A DNA stretch of 64,000 nt, taken from NCBI GenBank assembly GCA_043811375.1, contig JBDRNJ010000014.1:1-64000 (forward strand), given 5' to 3'. Position 1 is the first letter of the stretch. Each line of letters opens with the position of its first letter. Both the position numbers and the translations under genes were made by a program. Positions 61,376 through 64,000 of this stretch are shown in pieces. The notes beneath the pieces are model-generated. The model was given only the letters and a program-made list of their open reading frames with translations, was not told where the DNA came from and searched no databases. The DNA comes from a bacterium. GTDB lineage: Bacteria; Zixibacteria; MSB-5A5; GN15; FEB-12.

Positions 61376-62135
61376 TGGTCAGGTGTATTCACGGTTAATG
61401 GCAACATACAGGCGGCGCGGCGGCGGTTTTTTACTTTTGCTCGATCCCGACCGAGCGGGTGAGAATCCGTGTATAGCGCTGGCGGAGGCAGCCGAAGAAT
61501 GCGGTGTCGATGCCCTTCTGGTCGGCTCATCGTTTACGCTCAATACCAACTTCGCTTCGGCTGTGAAACAAATAAAAGCGGTCACACCTCTGCCGGTGAT
61601 CATATTTCCCGGATCGTTCGCCCAGGTAACCCCTGACGCCGACGCTATCCTGTTTACTTCGTTGATATCCGGGCGCAACCCCAACTACCTGATCGACGAG
61701 CAAGTCCGGGGAGCGCCGCTTGTCAAAAGGTTCGGTCTGGAAGTGATTCCGACCGGCTACATGCTGATAGAATCGGGGCGTCAGACATCGGTGCAGTATA
61801 TTTCCGGCACCCAGCCGATTCCCAGCGCCAAGCATGATATCGCCTGCGCTCACGCTCTGGCAGCCCAGTACCTGGGTATGAAACTTGTCTATTTAGAGGC
61901 CGGTTCCGGCGCTGACAGTCCGGTGCCGATCCGGATGGTTCACGCCGTAGCCGATTATGTCGACATTCCCCTGTTGATCGGAGGCGGTCTGACTTCGCCG
62001 GAGGAATGCGCCGCTCGAATTGATGCCGGGGCTTCGTTTGTCGTTGTCGGCAACATTCTGGAAGACGACCCCCGGTTTACCTACCTTACTGAGTTGACCG
62101 CCGCAACCCACCCATTGGAGACAGTTGCAGTATGA
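61368..62135 (+). CDS. Geranylgeranylglyceryl-phosphate synthase (group II GGGPS/PcrB family)
   Basis: LLDPD, IFPG, SLISGRNP.YLI.EQV, PTGYMLI.SG, YLEAGSGA and IGGG motifs. Confidence 0.9.
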   Translation: MADGQVYSRLMATYRRRGGGFLLLLDPDRAGENPCIALAEAAEECGVDALLVGSSFTLNTNFASAVKQIKAVTPLPVIIFPGSFAQVTPDADAILFTSLISGRNPNYLIDEQVRGAPLVKRFGLEVIPTGYMLIESGRQTSVQYISGTQPIPSAKHDIACAHALAAQYLGMKLVYLEAGSGADSPVPIRMVHAVADYVDIPLLIGGGLTSPEECAARIDAGASFVVVGNILEDDPRFTYLTELTAATHPLETVAV

Positions 62136-62719
62136 AACAGGAAGAGAAGCTCGACTACCTGAGAAAGCTGGCCGAGGAAGCGGCTATTCTGCGCAAGTCA
62201 CTTGTGGAGGAGTCAGGAATAGAAATCCTCGACCTGGCGGCTGTAATCTCAGGCGTTATAGGTTCCGGTGGAAAGCTGCTGATTGCCGGTAACGGCGGAT
62301 CGGCTGCCGACGCTTCTCATTTCGCCGGTGAGATGGTAGTCAGGCTTTCTGCCGAGAAACACCGGCAGGCTTTGCCGACTGTTGCTCTGTGTACGGACCC
62401 GGCCGTAATGACCGCGGCCGCCAACGACTTCGGCTTTGAAAACATCTTTGCCCGCCAGGTGGAAGCTATCGGTCAGAAGGGTGACATGCTGTTCGTCATT
62501 TCGACATCCGGTAATTCGGTCAATTTAATCAAAGCAGTGCACGTTGCGCGTGAACGGGGGCTGCTGACAGCCGGTCTGCTGGGCGGCAAGGGCGGCAAAC
62601 TGGTGTCCAAAGTCGACCGGGCACTGATTGTACCACACTTGTCAACGCAACGGATACAAGAAGAGCATATCTTCGTTATCCACCTGCTGGTGGAACTGGT
62701 CGAAAGCGACCTTCTTTAA
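62132..62719 (+). CDS. gmhA: D-sedoheptulose 7-phosphate isomerase
   Basis: GNGGSAADASHFAGE, ND.GF..IFARQVEA, ISTSGNS and RIQEEH motifs. Confidence 0.95.
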   Translation: MKQEEKLDYLRKLAEEAAILRKSLVEESGIEILDLAAVISGVIGSGGKLLIAGNGGSAADASHFAGEMVVRLSAEKHRQALPTVALCTDPAVMTAAANDFGFENIFARQVEAIGQKGDMLFVISTSGNSVNLIKAVHVARERGLLTAGLLGGKGGKLVSKVDRALIVPHLSTQRIQEEHIFVIHLLVELVESDLL

Positions 62720-63987
62720 TGTCCGACCGCAGCCGCCGACATTTCCAATACGTCATCGTCATTTGTTTTGCCCTGTTTGTTTTCGGCTCTGCATTCTCCA
62801 TTGCGCTGGCCCAGGTTTCGTTGGGAGTGTCTTTAATCCTGTTAGTTATTCTGTCCATTCTGACCCGCATGAATCCAGTAACGACGATCCCCCGCTGGTT
62901 TTACATCTGGGCCGCTCTGTACGTGGCGTGGATGATGCTGTCGGCCGTGGCCGGTCCGACATCGCTGCAATCGATCCGTATTCTCAAGGAGGAATGGTTG
63001 TTTTTGGCCATACCGGCCGGGATCTTCCTGTTTCGAGAAGACCAATACCGCCGGTACCTGCTGACGGCTCTGGCTCTGGGAGTGGGGCTGGTTTCTCTTT
63101 ACGCTATTGTCCAGCATTTCTCGGGTGTGCACTGGTTCAGAACCCAACCGCTACTGGCGGCGTCCGACTACGGTTTCATTGTGACGGGGAACTTCTCGCA
63201 CTCGCTGACTTTCGGTAATTACTACGGCACCGCGACCCTGTTCCTGGCCGGGTATGCCATGGCCGGCAGGGCGGAATTGAGCCGGTGGCTGCGACAGTTG
63301 CTGATTCTGGTGTCACTGCTGGCTATGATCGCTACCATCCTGAGCTACAGTCGCGCCACCGTGGCCGGAATGGCTCTGGGGTTGATTTTGCTCGGTCTGA
63401 TAATGGGACGCAAGTACCTGGTCTATTGCACAGGTATTGTGGCCGTGATGGCGACCGCTATATTGATCACCATGCCCGGTCTGAGTTACCGCTTCAGTGA
63501 TAAAACGGTCCGGGACATGGGCGGCGTCTACGAGGGCGGGCGGGTCTTTATCTGGAAAAACTCACTCAAGGTGATAACCGACCATCCGATCCTGGGAGTC
63601 GGCCAGGGCAATTTCCAGGCCGCCTACGCCTCTCACCTGCGTGCCGACATCCCTGAGAAACGCAAACTAACTCATGCCCACAACGACCTGCTGAATATAG
63701 CCGCCATATCCGGCGTGCCGGGCGCGGTATTTTTCGCCGGTATGTGGCTGTCGGCCCTGGTCTGTTTTATTGAAGGAATCCGGCGCGGGCGCCGATCTGG
63801 TATCATTTCCGCCCCATCGGTGGCAGCATTGGTCGGTTCGGTGGTGTTTTTATCTACTTCTCTGTTTGAAGCCACCTTTGCCGACGAGGAAGTTCGGCAG
63901 TTATTGATGTTCATCTGGGCGGTGGGATTGTCAGCAACGTATAAAACAACAAATATGACCAACCGCCCGGCGATCAAAAACTCTTGA
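62719..63987 (+). CDS. O-antigen ligase (Wzy_C) family protein
   Basis: Multiple TM helices; SYSR, R..IW, HPILGVG.GNF and HAHN..L motifs. Confidence 0.9.
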   Translation: MSDRSRRHFQYVIVICFALFVFGSAFSIALAQVSLGVSLILLVILSILTRMNPVTTIPRWFYIWAALYVAWMMLSAVAGPTSLQSIRILKEEWLFLAIPAGIFLFREDQYRRYLLTALALGVGLVSLYAIVQHFSGVHWFRTQPLLAASDYGFIVTGNFSHSLTFGNYYGTATLFLAGYAMAGRAELSRWLRQLLILVSLLAMIATILSYSRATVAGMALGLILLGLIMGRKYLVYCTGIVAVMATAILITMPGLSYRFSDKTVRDMGGVYEGGRVFIWKNSLKVITDHPILGVGQGNFQAAYASHLRADIPEKRKLTHAHNDLLNIAAISGVPGAVFFAGMWLSALVCFIEGIRRGRRSGIISAPSVAALVGSVVFLSTSLFEATFADEEVRQLLMFIWAVGLSATYKTTNMTNRPAIKNS

Positions 63988-64000
63988 CAAGTCAGATCAC

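Overview
A 64-kb bacterial chromosomal segment (GC in the mid-50s% by eye). A C-terminal duplicated 'GDLTYLVAYLFQGG' dockerin-like tag and a group II GGGP synthase suggest an FCB-superphylum anaerobe, probably Zixibacteria (inference). Housekeeping blocks are obgE-dprA-HPr, xseA-xseB-ispA-dxs, ffh-rpsP-khpA-rimM-trmD-rplS, rnhB-yraN, ispG, rarA and recX-alaS-GGGPS-gmhA-O-antigen ligase. They are interspersed with accessory secreted or lipoprotein genes, two IS3-family elements, a MITE and many REP-like palindromes. Top observations: (1) a secreted beta-helix/dockerin protein split by one in-frame TGA that is immediately followed by a bacterial SECIS-like hairpin, a candidate new selenoprotein family; (2) an AmmeMemoRadiSam cluster whose components carry export signals, with DUF362/polyferredoxin genes and a lipoprotein MTA/SAH nucleosidase nearby, suggesting SAM chemistry outside the cytoplasm; (3) alaS apparently starting at ATT; (4) archaeal-type lipid genes; (5) features missing from the ORF track, including a BstYI-like endonuclease relic, a DUF4295-like small protein and a mosaic REP array. 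All family assignments are from motif recognition by eye; no searches were run.
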